Assembly: GCA_032718475.1 (NCBI GenBank)
Contig: JAUCBJ010007706.1
Span: forward strand, 1 to 64,000
DNA from: Nemertoderma westbladi
Lineage: Eukaryota; Animalia; Xenacoelomorpha
Reading direction: 5' to 3'
Length of the DNA: 64,000 nucleotides
The translations under genes and the position numbers were made by a program. Every line of letters starts with the position of its first letter. Position 1 is the first letter of the stretch. Positions 63,874 through 64,000 of this stretch are shown piece by piece. The notes below the pieces were generated by a model. The model was given only the letters and a program-made list of their open reading frames with translations, had not been told where the DNA came from and made no database searches.

Positions 63874-64000
63874 TGACGTCATGGAGAACTTCGGAAAAAA
63901 AAATTAATTGGCAAAGATCAGCAACCGTCAGACAGTCAGGCTGTACGTTGTAAACCCGATATTGCGAGCATATGTGCTACAGCTAACCACATCGTTACCA

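Overview
AT-rich, repeat-laden animal (probably invertebrate) genomic window. Main contents: (1) a minus-strand carbohydrate 6-O-sulfotransferase (CHST/GlcNAc6ST-type) gene in two coding exons (~23961-23508 and 2319-1640). Its ~21.2 kb phase-1 intron is mostly an 18.5 kb array of a 49-bp unit, and the unit is the gene's own exon/intron junction, giving roughly 370 tandem copies of a consensus CTG|GTAAGT 5' splice site. (2) A single-ORF secreted 613-aa protein that looks like a polyprotein precursor: nine acidic 29-aa repeats ending in RR, then four basic modules each starting R-LF(S/G)SK. (3) A BEL/Pao-derived 1547-aa ORF with Gag and protease intact but RT, most of RNase H and integrase deleted in frame, followed by a zinc-knuckle ORF fused in frame to an RTE LINE tail. 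(4) Three near-identical 5'-truncated RTE LINEs, a CRE-like RLE retroelement fragment, decayed LINE pieces, nested MITEs with clear target-site duplications, several minisatellites and Tc1/mariner-type excision footprints. All calls come from reading the sequence by eye; no searches were run.
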